Shown piece by piece: positions 22,910-31,621 of a DNA stretch of 32,000 nucleotides (position 1 is its first letter; every line of letters starts with the position of its first letter). Source of the DNA: Candidatus Electronema halotolerans (lineage in GTDB: Bacteria > Desulfobacterota > Desulfobulbia > Desulfobulbales > Desulfobulbaceae); assembly GCA_942493095.1 (NCBI GenBank), contig OW818675.1:1920001-1952000 (forward strand), in the 5' to 3' direction. Below the pieces are notes generated by a model that worked only from the letters and a program-made list of their open reading frames with translations, was not told where the DNA came from and did not search any database. A program made the position numbers and the translations under genes.

Positions 22910-24003
22910 ATCAGGAGTTCCTTTCTGTCAGGGGGAATGATGACTGTGTGTTCGCGCATGGGCTGGAAGTCGAGGCTGGGATCGCGGTCAGGGACAAGAG
23001 CTTCCACGCCGCACATCTCCGAGGCAATGGCCCATGCGCCGGGCCGTCCGCCGACTGTGGCGGGCCGCAGCTTCTTCTGATCCATGACCAAGAGGCAGCT
23101 TTCGTCCGGTAAAGTGCCGATGACCGCGTTCGGGCCGTCAATGATCAGGCGGCGGCAGGCCGTGCGCAGGCCCTTGAGGAATTCGCCCTGCGGATGCGCG
23201 TTCAGCTCCTCGGTCTTTAGCGGGGTGATGACGTGCTTGTAGCAGGCTAACGGCAGATTGAGCTTCTTGGTCACATAATGGAGAATATGAGCAAAAACCT
23301 CGGAGTCAGACTGATAGCCCATGTAGCCGGGGATGTTCTTGCCCAGCAGCCATTCCTTGATCGGGACAAAGGCGGTGTTCTCGCCATTGGTCATGGTGGC
23401 GATGCCTTGGATGAAGAAGGGATGGCAGGCATAGAGGTTGATGCCGTAGTTGGTGTTCTGGCGGCCCTGGGCCATGACCACCCGCGCCTTGAGCCTGCCG
23501 TCATCCAAGCCAAGGGCATCGCCGATGTCGAGCGGCCAGCCCACCTCCTTGATCATGACCACGTCCGGCCAGAGCGAGAAAGCGGTCAGGTCGCCGCCGT
23601 GCGCCTCGCCGTCCTTGCGCAGGAAGAGGCGAGTCTGCATCAGGCGGTCTTCCAGCTCGGCCTGAGTCAGCCCATGCGGCTTCTTATAGACCCGGACAAT
23701 GTACTGAAAGCGGTCTTTGGCCTCAATCAGCTCCGGCTTGACCTTGAACCAGTGGTCATACTCCTGCTCAAAGCCGCGCTCCTCCATGATGCGGTGGAGC
23801 CGCTTGGCTGCCGCCTCAGTGTGGGCAATGCCGGAGAGAATGACCTGCTCTTCCTTTTTGTATTTGAAATCCTCAAAACTGACCCCGCGCAGCAGCAGGC
23901 CAAGGCCGCTGCCGTCATATCCCTCCTGCATGGCCTCCATGCCACTGAGCACCTCGTAGGGTGAGAAGGGTATGTCTGCGGTTTTCAAGGCTAATCGACA
24001 CAT
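22867..24003 (-). CDS. Class-II (Ntn) glutamine amidotransferase subunit of an archaeal-type split glutamate synthase.
   Basis: The protein begins Met-Cys (MCRLA), which gives the N-terminal nucleophile Cys, followed by DGSGLGLL. It is the first gene of the operon, and GGGAG lies 7 nt upstream of the ATG. Confidence 0.8.
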   Translation of the reverse strand: MCRLALKTADIPFSPYEVLSGMEAMQEGYDGSGLGLLLRGVSFEDFKYKKEEQVILSGIAHTEAAAKRLHRIMEERGFEQEYDHWFKVKPELIEAKDRFQYIVRVYKKPHGLTQAELEDRLMQTRLFLRKDGEAHGGDLTAFSLWPDVVMIKEVGWPLDIGDALGLDDGRLKARVVMAQGRQNTNYGINLYACHPFFIQGIATMTNGENTAFVPIKEWLLGKNIPGYMGYQSDSEVFAHILHYVTKKLNLPLACYKHVITPLKTEELNAHPQGEFLKGLRTACRRLIIDGPNAVIGTLPDESCLLVMDQKKLRPATVGGRPGAWAIASEMCGVEALVPDRDPSLDFQPMREHTVIIPPDRKELLIWSQFDQFTLSQAA

Positions 24004-24080
24004 AAATGACTCCCGGAAATTCGATGCTGGATATGCGCTGGGCCGGATATTCCTTCCGGCGCAGAAAGGACTTGACAGTA

Positions 24081-24125
24081 CAAAAAAAACAACGCCCTGT
24101 CAAACAGAAAGCGCAAAGGGACAGG
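24081..24125 (-). terminator. Possible terminator downstream of cobL/cbiET.
   Basis: On the minus strand the stem is cctgtc/gacagg (6 bp) with a large loop, followed by a T8 run (A8 at 24082-24089 on the plus strand). Confidence 0.35.
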
Positions 24126-24222
24126 CTCTTGCAGGCTGGAGAGGCTGTGGATTCAACATGGTCGTGATTAGAAAACAACGCTCAATAGGGTGACGACCGA
24201 AAATCAACAGAAAATTGAAGCA

Positions 24223-25476
24223 CTATATCAGTTTCTTGCCAGTGATGATGGTGATCGGATTGAGCTGAAGAACGGAGAGCCGCCCGTCCTCGCCATAATC
24301 CTGCTGCTGCCGGCTTACTGAGACCGTGCGGACATCAGCCTCCAAGCCATTGGCCGTCATCAGGAGCGGGGCCTGCTCGGCTGTGTTCTGGAGCACCGCG
24401 CTGACCACCAGCCTGCCGCCCTTGGCCAGCCGCTCGGCGCAAGGCGCGACGATTTCGGCCAGCAGACCCCGGCTGCCGCCAATGAAGACCCGGTCCGGGT
24501 CAGGCAGCTTGGCAAAGACCTCTGGAGCCTGGCCGCGCACAAGGGTGATGTTGTAGAGGCCGTAGCGGACAATGTTGGCACGAATGTTCTGCCAGCCCTC
24601 CTCCTTCTGCTCAACCACATGAATGGACAGGCCAGGGCAGAGCCGGGCCGCTTCAACTGAAATGGATCCGGAGCCGCCGCCCACATCCCAGAGCACGCCC
24701 TGCCTTGGCAGACAGAGCCGATGGAGAATCACGGCCCGGATTTCATCCTTGGTGATCAGGCCGCGTGAATGGCTGATTTCATTCTCCTGAAGGCCGAAGA
24801 CGCAGGCCGCGTCCGGCTGCCCCTCCGCTTCAGACGGCTCCTGCTCCAGCAGCATCATGTTGAGCGGGGCGAAAATTTGCTGGGAAGCCTCTTCCAGTGA
24901 TCCCTGCCAAAGCCGCTCCTCTGGCAGGCCAAGGTTTTCCGCCACCCGAATCCGCAGCCTGCGGATGCGCTCGGCATCCTCGTGCTCCTCCAGCAGGGTG
25001 AGCAGATCAGCGGCAATGCGGGCCGGGCTGCGCTGCGGGTCAGTGAAGAGCATCACTCGCGGCGTGGCCAGCATCCGGCCCGCCAGCAGCTCAGGCGCAC
25101 GGCCATGCAGGCTGATCAGGGGCAGGTCGTCCCAAGGGATTTTGAAGCGGGCGCAGGCCAGCTGGACAGCGGACAAGGCGGGGAAAATTTGCACCCGCTC
25201 CGGGCCGAAGCGTTCCAGCAGGATTCTGCCGATGCCGAAGAAAAGCGGGTCGCCAGAGGCCAGCACCGCAACATCACCGTCCTGAAGAGCTAAGGCCAGT
25301 TCAAAGATCATGTCTTCGACCGGCGTGATGGCAATCCAGTGAATGTCTATTCCAGTCAGCAGCTCCTGATGCCGCTCTGAAGCAACGACCGCAGTGCAGC
25401 ATTCAATAAGCTGCAGCTGCTCTGGGTCCAAACTGTCCCCGCTGATGCCGAAGAGCAGAATTTCAAACGTGTTCAA
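24223..25476 (-). CDS. cobL: Bifunctional precorrin-6Y / cobalt-precorrin C5,C15-methyltransferase (decarboxylating), a CbiE-CbiT fusion (CobL).
   Basis: The CbiE half carries ASGDPLFFGIG. The CbiT half has the SAM motif LWDVGGGSGSISVEAA. The start is apparently a TTG at 25476. Confidence 0.85.
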   Translation of the reverse strand: MNTFEILLFGISGDSLDPEQLQLIECCTAVVASERHQELLTGIDIHWIAITPVEDMIFELALALQDGDVAVLASGDPLFFGIGRILLERFGPERVQIFPALSAVQLACARFKIPWDDLPLISLHGRAPELLAGRMLATPRVMLFTDPQRSPARIAADLLTLLEEHEDAERIRRLRIRVAENLGLPEERLWQGSLEEASQQIFAPLNMMLLEQEPSEAEGQPDAACVFGLQENEISHSRGLITKDEIRAVILHRLCLPRQGVLWDVGGGSGSISVEAARLCPGLSIHVVEQKEEGWQNIRANIVRYGLYNITLVRGQAPEVFAKLPDPDRVFIGGSRGLLAEIVAPCAERLAKGGRLVVSAVLQNTAEQAPLLMTANGLEADVRTVSVSRQQQDYGEDGRLSVLQLNPITIITGKKLI

Positions 25477-25569
25477 CAGTTCAGTCCTTTGGAACTGCCG
25501 GATTTTTTACTGAAGGCTTCAGTCTCCATTTATTCACAAACGATTCTAAAATTCGCACAAAGGCATCTG

Positions 25570-26379
25570 CTATTTTTTATCAAAAATATATAAACGATGA
25601 TAAGCAAGAAAGGCAGGATCAGGATAGAATTTGTTTGGAATTGCTATCCTCTTTCCATTGTAAGATACAATGGACTCTTCCGTATAGCTGTCGTTTGACG
25701 AAAGCGTTTCTGAGACACGGACTGTCATGTTCTCGTTAATGGTTATGATTCCAAGATCAAAGGCTTTGTCGTGAAGTGCTGAAAGCAGCAGGCCGTTCCT
25801 CGGATTCATCCTGTTCTTTTTGTCGCACCGCCAAGGAATAATATGGCTCGCAACTAAAAGTCTTGGCTCAGACAGCCCAGTGACGCAGCATTTGCTCTCA
25901 TAGGCATTCAAGAGCGTCTGACGGAAAAATGCCTGTCCTATCCGCACAGAAGCCTGCACAGTTCTTTCCTCCCCTGCATGATCATCAGCATCTGTTTGGG
26001 ATTCTTTTGATTGAAAGAGTTTATCTGTGGCACTTTTCAACTCAACTGCAAATTTTCCCCAATCGTCATGTATTTCATTCCATAACTCACGATCAGCTTT
26101 TGATGCCCCGGACAATCCTCTTCTTCCAGTTGCGGTGACTTTTTGATCCAGACTCGCTATATTGCATAACTTCATTGCAAGTGCGGACGGAGTCCGGCCA
26201 ATCCCTTCAGCGCACTTTATAATATCTGGATTTTTCGCATGTAATTTTCCGAAAGGGATTTGACAGTAAAGACTGAAGGCTACAAGAAGCTGTTCTCTTG
26301 TCCACAGTTGTCTGCTGTTTTTCAGGACAGGCAATTCAACTTCTCCGGCAGAACATCTGCTTTCTGCTGATTGGTGCAT
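25570..26379 (-). CDS. HNH_2-type endonuclease (putative restriction-like nuclease).
   Basis: The C-terminal signature is RIGQAFFRQTLLNAYESKCCVTG.....LLVASHIIPW.......NPRNGLLLSALHDKAFDLGIIT. The gene is visibly more AT-rich than its neighbours. Confidence 0.75.
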   Translation of the reverse strand: MHQSAESRCSAGEVELPVLKNSRQLWTREQLLVAFSLYCQIPFGKLHAKNPDIIKCAEGIGRTPSALAMKLCNIASLDQKVTATGRRGLSGASKADRELWNEIHDDWGKFAVELKSATDKLFQSKESQTDADDHAGEERTVQASVRIGQAFFRQTLLNAYESKCCVTGLSEPRLLVASHIIPWRCDKKNRMNPRNGLLLSALHDKAFDLGIITINENMTVRVSETLSSNDSYTEESIVSYNGKRIAIPNKFYPDPAFLAYHRLYIFDKK

Positions 26380-26667
26380 TTTTCAATAAACTGCTGACCA
26401 TCATTTTCAGTTGATCAACAGCATCAGCACCCTGCTGCTGGAGGCGGTGGTTTATGACGGGCTGAGGCAGGTGCAGAGAGGACATGAGGAACTGGAACTG
26501 TGCGCGGAAAGGGATTGTGTCAGCAAATCATCTTGCTGCGTCCCCGGATGAAAAGAAAAGGCAATGGGCAGAGACACTCCGTACTGTCAAGGCAGGCGGC
26601 AGAAAGAAAATGCCGCCTTTCCTGAAGACGCTGTCAGAAATTTTTGGGCAAAAATCAGCGGCAATCC

Positions 26668-27396
26668 CTACTGCTGCGATGATTCCGCCGCTTCATTAGC
26701 TGCTGAGTCACTGTCTGCGGCAGTGCTGCTGTTCTCCGACGAAGGTGCTTGCTCCTCAGATTGCGCAGGAGGAGCAGTTTGTTCAGCAGCATCGTCCGGC
26801 GGCAGCACCGCTGAAGAGAGACTGCTGCTGGCAGGCGGCGGCACTGCTGGCTGCTGTTCCTGTTTCAGTAAATAGCCAAAAGGATTCCAGCCAGTGGCAA
26901 GGCTGAACGCAGCCACAGCAAGCACTGTCAGGATAAGGAGAAAAGCGGCCAAGGTTGCTGAAGAGAGATGGGACGGCTCGGACAGCTTGTTGGCGGACAT
27001 GCTGCCCTGATCCCGGCCAGACAGGCCTGGTCCGCCCATCTTCTGCTGATGTCTGTGCCGTTCCGCAAGAAATCTCCTTGCCGCATCCGGGCCGTCAATG
27101 CCGAGAAGATTGCCGTAAATGGCGATCTGGCCGCGTATGAAGGTGTCAGCAGGCAGAGCGTCATACGCCTCATTCTCAATCGAAACCAAGTTCGAGACAG
27201 AAATGTTGGTCTCGCTGGCAATATCTTGCAGGCTCAGGCCCTTTTCCTTGCGCAGCTGGCGCAGGAGCTGGCCGACGCTGCTCTGCTCCTGCTTCCCGAC
27301 CGCAGCATGTTCCTTTTTTTCCGAGCTGTTCTTTTCCTGGGTGCTCATTTGTTCCGCTGAAAGTTGTTTGTTGCTCTGCGCGATCCGCCCTGTCAT
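26668..27396 (-). CDS. RodZ-like HTH membrane protein with a low-complexity C-terminal tail.
   Basis: The HTH is VGQLLRQLRKEKGLSLQDIASETNISVSNLVSIE. A single TM segment (ATLAAFLLILTVLAVAAF) is followed by a tail rich in A, S, P and E. Confidence 0.65.
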   Translation of the reverse strand: MTGRIAQSNKQLSAEQMSTQEKNSSEKKEHAAVGKQEQSSVGQLLRQLRKEKGLSLQDIASETNISVSNLVSIENEAYDALPADTFIRGQIAIYGNLLGIDGPDAARRFLAERHRHQQKMGGPGLSGRDQGSMSANKLSEPSHLSSATLAAFLLILTVLAVAAFSLATGWNPFGYLLKQEQQPAVPPPASSSLSSAVLPPDDAAEQTAPPAQSEEQAPSSENSSTAADSDSAANEAAESSQQ

Positions 27397-27399
27397 AAT

Positions 27400-28365
27400 T
27401 CATAATATCTTAATATACGCCTGCCGCCGGATTTCCTCAATCCAAGTTTTATACCGCGCCTCCATTTCCTGCTTTTGCAGCAGCTCATGGATTTCCTCCC
27501 GGACTGACTCAAAAGGCGGCTTGGCCGCTTCCTTGCCAGCAGAAAGCAGCTTGAAGATCATGAAACTGTCACCAGTGTCAAGCACTGGGCTGATGCCGCC
27601 AGGCTGCAGCGAAGTCACTGCCGCTCTGGTGGCCGCAGCCAGCTCGTCTTCCTCAAAGGTGCCGATGTCGCCGCCGTCATCGGCTGAGGGCAGCTCAGAA
27701 TGCTTGCGGGCCAGCTCGCGGAAATCTGCTCCGGCCACAGCCTGCCGCCGCAGCTCCTCAGCTTTTTCCGCAGCCGCCTTTCTGCCGTCGTCCTGCACAG
27801 TGATGCCGATCTGGAGGAGATGATAGCCCGCCTTTTTGACCGGATAGCTGTGCTCATAGTATTCCCGCAGCTTTTCCTCCGGGATCACCACCTTGGCCCG
27901 CACAGCGTAGCTGATCAGTTTGGAGCTGAGAATCTGCTCTTTCAGGTTTTCCCGATATTGCTGCGCAGTCAGGCCCATCTTCTTCAGCTCATGCTGAAAA
28001 TCCTCCTCGCTAAGACCGCCGCGCTGCAAGATGTCCTGCTTGGCCGCCTCAACCTCTGCCGGACTGACTGAAATTTTCATCTCCTCAGCCTGCTGAAGCA
28101 TCAGGTGCTTGTTGATCAGCTTGTCGAGCACCGCCTGTCTGGCCTGCCGCAGGGCCTCCTCACGCTGGCCGGGCGGAGCTTCGGCATTGATCTGGGCAAA
28201 AATGGGCTGGCCCGCCTCCTCAACCTCAGAAACCGTGACAACATCCTGATTGACCACTGCGGCCACAGAGTCAATCACCTTGGCTCCAGCCCACGAGGCA
28301 GGCAGCAGCCACAGCAGCACGGTCAGGCTGGCACATTGCTTCATCATTCGCACGCTGATCACCAT
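27400..28365 (-). CDS. Periplasmic SurA-like chaperone / parvulin-type peptidyl-prolyl isomerase.
   Basis: A signal peptide is followed by a SurA_N-like start (VIDSVAAVVNQDVVTVSEVEE). The parvulin block is GGDIGTFEEDEL....AVTSLQPGGISPVLDTGDSFMIFKL. Confidence 0.75.
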   Translation of the reverse strand: MVISVRMMKQCASLTVLLWLLPASWAGAKVIDSVAAVVNQDVVTVSEVEEAGQPIFAQINAEAPPGQREEALRQARQAVLDKLINKHLMLQQAEEMKISVSPAEVEAAKQDILQRGGLSEEDFQHELKKMGLTAQQYRENLKEQILSSKLISYAVRAKVVIPEEKLREYYEHSYPVKKAGYHLLQIGITVQDDGRKAAAEKAEELRRQAVAGADFRELARKHSELPSADDGGDIGTFEEDELAAATRAAVTSLQPGGISPVLDTGDSFMIFKLLSAGKEAAKPPFESVREEIHELLQKQEMEARYKTWIEEIRRQAYIKIL

Positions 28366-28402
28366 GTTGATTTCCCGGAAGATGCGGCAGGCTGCCGCTG
28401 AC

Positions 28403-30490
28403 TCAGGCCGTTGCCTCCTCCAAGGCCGCCTTGCGGCTCAGACGGATGCGGCCCCGGCTGTCAATGTCCAGCACCTTGACCTTGACCTGCTCACCCTCTT
28501 TGAGGATGTCCTCGACCTTGCTGACCCGCTGCGGAGCCAGCTCAGAGATGTGAACCATGCCGTCCGTGCCGGGCAGGATTTCGACAAACGCGCCAAAGTC
28601 CTTGATCGTCTTCACCGTGCCGTTATAAATTCTGCCAACCTCCGGCATGGCGGTCAAACCTTCAATATGCGCCATCAGAGCATCGGCGGACTCGTTGCTT
28701 TTGGCAAAGATTTTGATCGTGCCGTCATCATCCACGTCAATCTTGGCATCAAATTCGGCAGTCATCTCACGGATGATCTTGCCGCCCGGGCCGATGATGT
28801 CGCGGATCTTGTCCGGGTTAATCTTCATGCTGATAAATTTGGGCGCATGATCAGCAATGTCTTTGCGGGGAATGCCAAGAGCCTCCTGCATTTTCTCCAA
28901 AATATGGAGGCGACCATCCTTGGCCTGCGCCAAGGCCTTGCCCATGATCTGCCGGTCAACGCCGTTGATCTTGATGTCCATCTGGAGAGCGGCTATGCCC
29001 TTGGCTGTGCCCACCACCTTGAAATCCATGTCGCCAAGATGATCCTCATCGCCAAGAATATCAGTGAGCACCACCACCTTGTCGCCTTCCTTGATCAGAC
29101 CCATAGCCACACCGGAGACCGGAGCTTTGACTGGCACGCCCGCATCCATCAAAGCCAAGCTGCCGCCGCAGACCGTGGCCATGGATGAGGAGCCGTTGGA
29201 CTCCAGCACCTCGGAAGTGATCCGCATGGTGTAGGGAAAATCCACCGGATCAGGAAGCACGGCCTCAACGCCTCGGCGGGCCAAAGTGCCATGACCAATG
29301 TCGCGGCGGCTGGGGCCGCGCAAAGGCCGCACCTCGCCAACACAGAAGGGCTGAAAATTGTAATGGAGCATGAAGCGGCGATAGACATCGCCGGTCAGTC
29401 CCTCAATGTGCAGCTCATCCCGCTCCGAGCCAAGGGTTGCGACCACCAAGGCCTGGGTCTCGCCACGGGTGAACAGGGCCGAGCCGTGCGCCTTGGGCAG
29501 AACCCCGACCTCGCATTCTATGGGCCGCACCTGATCAATGCTGCGGCCATCAAGGCGGATGCCCTGATTGACGATCCGACCGCGCATGACCTTTTTCTTA
29601 TAGGCATCAAGCAGCTCGACGACCTCGTCTTTCTTGTGCAGGTCCAGATCAATTCCGGCGACCACCTCATCAACCAAGGCATCGTAGCGGCTGGCGCGGG
29701 CCATTTTCTCCGCAGTGTTGACCACGTCCTCCATGCCTGCGGCAGCCAGCTCCTCGACCTTGGCCTGCAATTCTTCGTTGATCACAGGGACGATGGCGGC
29801 CCGCTTGGCTTTGCCTGCCTCAGCCTGCATTGTTTTTTGCAGGGCAATCAGCGGCTGAAGCTGCTCATGGGCAAAGAAAATGGCTTCCAAAACCACTTCC
29901 TCGCTCAGTTCGCTGATGCGGCCTTCAACCATGACCACAGCTGTTTCCGTGCAGGCCACAACCAGATTCATGGCCGAGTGGGCTATTTGGCTCTTGCTCG
30001 GATTAAGCACATAGCTGCCGTCAACATAGCCGACCCGGCCCGCTGCCACTGGCCCGCTCCACGGAATATCGGACAAGGACAAGGCGACAGATGCGCCGTT
30101 CATGGCGAGAATGTCAGGATTAATCTCGTCTTCTGCGGAAAAGACTGTGGCGATGACTTGGGTCTCGGCCCGCCACTTTTTTGGAAAAAGAGGCCGCAGA
30201 GGCCGGTCAATCAAACGGCTGGTCAAGATTTCTTTTTCAGAAGGACGGCCAATTTCGCGGCGGAAGTAGTTGCCTGGAATCCGGCCCGCAGCGTAAAGCC
30301 GCTCCTGATATTCTATGGTCAAAGGCATGAAGCCAATGTCATCTTTTGCACTTTTCTCCGCCACTGCTGTGACCAGAACTATCGTGTCTCCGCAGGAAAC
30401 TGTCACCGAACCGCTGGCCTGCTTGGCCATCTTGCCTGTTTCAAACACTATGCTGCGATCACCGAGTGCGACTTCAAACCTTTTGTACAT
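28403..30490 (-). CDS. pnp: Polyribonucleotide nucleotidyltransferase (PNPase).
   Basis: The match to PNPase is full length, with two RNase PH domains, a KH domain and an S1 domain (GRIYNGTVKTIKDFGAFVEILPGTDGMVHISEL). The ATG at 30490 (MYKRFEV) has AGAGGAG 6 nt upstream. Confidence 0.95.
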   Translation of the reverse strand: MYKRFEVALGDRSIVFETGKMAKQASGSVTVSCGDTIVLVTAVAEKSAKDDIGFMPLTIEYQERLYAAGRIPGNYFRREIGRPSEKEILTSRLIDRPLRPLFPKKWRAETQVIATVFSAEDEINPDILAMNGASVALSLSDIPWSGPVAAGRVGYVDGSYVLNPSKSQIAHSAMNLVVACTETAVVMVEGRISELSEEVVLEAIFFAHEQLQPLIALQKTMQAEAGKAKRAAIVPVINEELQAKVEELAAAGMEDVVNTAEKMARASRYDALVDEVVAGIDLDLHKKDEVVELLDAYKKKVMRGRIVNQGIRLDGRSIDQVRPIECEVGVLPKAHGSALFTRGETQALVVATLGSERDELHIEGLTGDVYRRFMLHYNFQPFCVGEVRPLRGPSRRDIGHGTLARRGVEAVLPDPVDFPYTMRITSEVLESNGSSSMATVCGGSLALMDAGVPVKAPVSGVAMGLIKEGDKVVVLTDILGDEDHLGDMDFKVVGTAKGIAALQMDIKINGVDRQIMGKALAQAKDGRLHILEKMQEALGIPRKDIADHAPKFISMKINPDKIRDIIGPGGKIIREMTAEFDAKIDVDDDGTIKIFAKSNESADALMAHIEGLTAMPEVGRIYNGTVKTIKDFGAFVEILPGTDGMVHISELAPQRVSKVEDILKEGEQVKVKVLDIDSRGRIRLSRKAALEEATA

Positions 30491-30560
30491 GCAAACTCCT
30501 CTGCGTGCAAGTCCCGGACATATCAGGCCGGGTGTTCTTTCGTTATGCAATCAAATTCAT

Positions 30561-30595
30561 GCCGCCATTTCATCCGAAAAGCAAGAAATGGCGGC
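30561..30595 (-). promoter_or_regulatory. Stable hairpin in the pnp leader; a terminator/attenuator or a processing site.
   Basis: A perfect 11-bp stem, gccgccatttc/gaaatggcggc, encloses a 13-nt loop. It sits between the stop of the 168-aa gene (30609) and the pnp start (30490). Confidence 0.5.
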
Positions 30596-30608
30596 TTATC
30601 TACTGTTA

Positions 30609-31115
30609 TTATGATGGTTTAATACTTTCAAATACCTTCGATGCCTTATTGACAGCATAAGGTGCAAACAAAGTAAGGCCAGCGGTCAAAAAAGTGACAA
30701 CTTTATCGGCATCTTCTCCAAGTTCTCCACTTACAGCAAATCTGTAAAGAGCGAAGGTGCCAAAGCCAATAAAAAGCACCAGAATAGCGATCATGCCCAT
30801 AAATGCAACAAGTCTGCTTGAACTTGCCCGCATTTCTACAATCTTTTCTTTATTTTCGCTATCTTTATTTGTCACCTCAACCGGTTCTGACAAAGCATCA
30901 GAAAGAGACCACTCTGACTTGCCAGAGGCAAGAGCATTCTTTATATTTCTTAGGGTATAAAACAAAACAAAAAGAAAAAATACAATAACGCCATAGACAA
31001 AAAATGAATCTGGCGCATTAGCCGCTTTGCTCTGAGCAAAAGCAGGGGGTGAAAAGAGAAGAACTGAAAGAGCAGCGGCTTGAACAGAATAGAAAAAATT
31101 CCGGGATTGCATCAT
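30609..31115 (-). CDS. Hypothetical membrane protein (168 aa) with a signal peptide and 2-3 TM helices.
   Basis: A strong Shine-Dalgarno (AAGGAGG) precedes ATGATG. The signal peptide is ALSVLLFSPPAFAQ and hydrophobic segments include VYGVIVFFLFVLFYTL and LVAFMGMIAILVLFIGFGTFALY. Its composition is AT-rich relative to rpsO and pnp. Confidence 0.6.
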   Translation of the reverse strand: MMQSRNFFYSVQAAALSVLLFSPPAFAQSKAANAPDSFFVYGVIVFFLFVLFYTLRNIKNALASGKSEWSLSDALSEPVEVTNKDSENKEKIVEMRASSSRLVAFMGMIAILVLFIGFGTFALYRFAVSGELGEDADKVVTFLTAGLTLFAPYAVNKASKVFESIKPS

Positions 31116-31146
31116 GTCCTCCTTTTTTAAGTATGAGATAATGAAT

Positions 31147-31180
31147 TTCCTGCCATGCTACAGAACGTGCATGGCAGGAA
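31147..31180 (-). terminator. Hairpin immediately downstream of rpsO; a terminator or attenuator.
   Basis: A perfect 12-bp stem, ttcctgccatgc/gcatggcaggaa, encloses a 10-nt loop. An A/T-rich stretch follows on the minus strand, but there is no clean U-run. Confidence 0.5.
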
Positions 31181-31193
31181 GTGCAGTGATGCC

Positions 31194-31463
31194 TTACTTT
31201 CTGATGCCCAAGGCCTGAATCAGGGTCCGATACCGGTTGATATCCTTCTTTTTCAGATAATTGAGCAGGCTGCGCCGGTGTCCGACCAGCTTGAGCAGGC
31301 CCCGCCGGGAATGATGATCCTTGGCATGGGTCTGGAAATGTTCGGTCAGATAGGTGATCCGGTCGGAAATCAGGGCAATCTGCACCTCCGGCGAGCCGGT
31401 GTCGTTCTCATGGGTGGCAAATTTGCTGATGATTTCCATCTTCTTTACTGTAGTCTGCACCAT
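31194..31463 (-). CDS. rpsO: 30S ribosomal protein S15.
   Basis: The 89-aa protein carries the S15 signature: [56 protein letters not shown]. Confidence 0.95.
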   Translation of the reverse strand: MVQTTVKKMEIISKFATHENDTGSPEVQIALISDRITYLTEHFQTHAKDHHSRRGLLKLVGHRRSLLNYLKKKDINRYRTLIQALGIRK

Positions 31464-31586
31464 TTTGGCCTCCGAAAATCTGTTCCTTCTGCTGTCGGCA
31501 AAGCCTGCTTTTCCTCAGCCTCGCCGGAGTCTGGATACGCTTGCCTTCAATTTCCTGTCCGAGGAATGAGACAGAAACGGCAAGGA

Positions 31587-31609
31587 CTGCTCCGCCCGCT
31601 GCGGAGCAG
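31587..31609 (-). terminator. Hairpin downstream of truB and within the rpsO leader region.
   Basis: A perfect 9-bp stem, ctgctccgc/gcggagcag, encloses a 5-nt loop. It is followed on the minus strand by tccttgccgtttctgtc. Confidence 0.4.
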
Positions 31610-31621
31610 CCTGTATTTCAT

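Noticed and set aside
24004-24222. I searched the region upstream of the glutamate synthase operon for a sigma54 -24/-12 element (TGGCAC-N5-TTGC), as expected for nitrogen-regulated genes.
   Set aside because: No acceptable match is present on the minus strand. The TTGACA at 24072-24077 is on the wrong strand for this operon.
26484-26875. Plus-strand ORFs of 71 and 103 aa in and beside the HNH/rodZ-like intergenic region.
   Set aside because: They have no Shine-Dalgarno, partly overlap the rodZ-like gene in antisense, and have implausible composition.
26690-26880. A GC-rich stretch with repetitive gctgct/cagcag patterning, considered as a possible tandem repeat or array.
   Set aside because: There is no regular unit or spacer structure. 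On the minus strand it encodes the tail (rich in A, S, P and E) of the RodZ-like protein.
28250-30622. Two long plus-strand ORFs (312 aa and 443 aa).
   Set aside because: Both are antisense to pnp, which is unambiguous. They are shadow frames without recognisable motifs or Shine-Dalgarno sequences.
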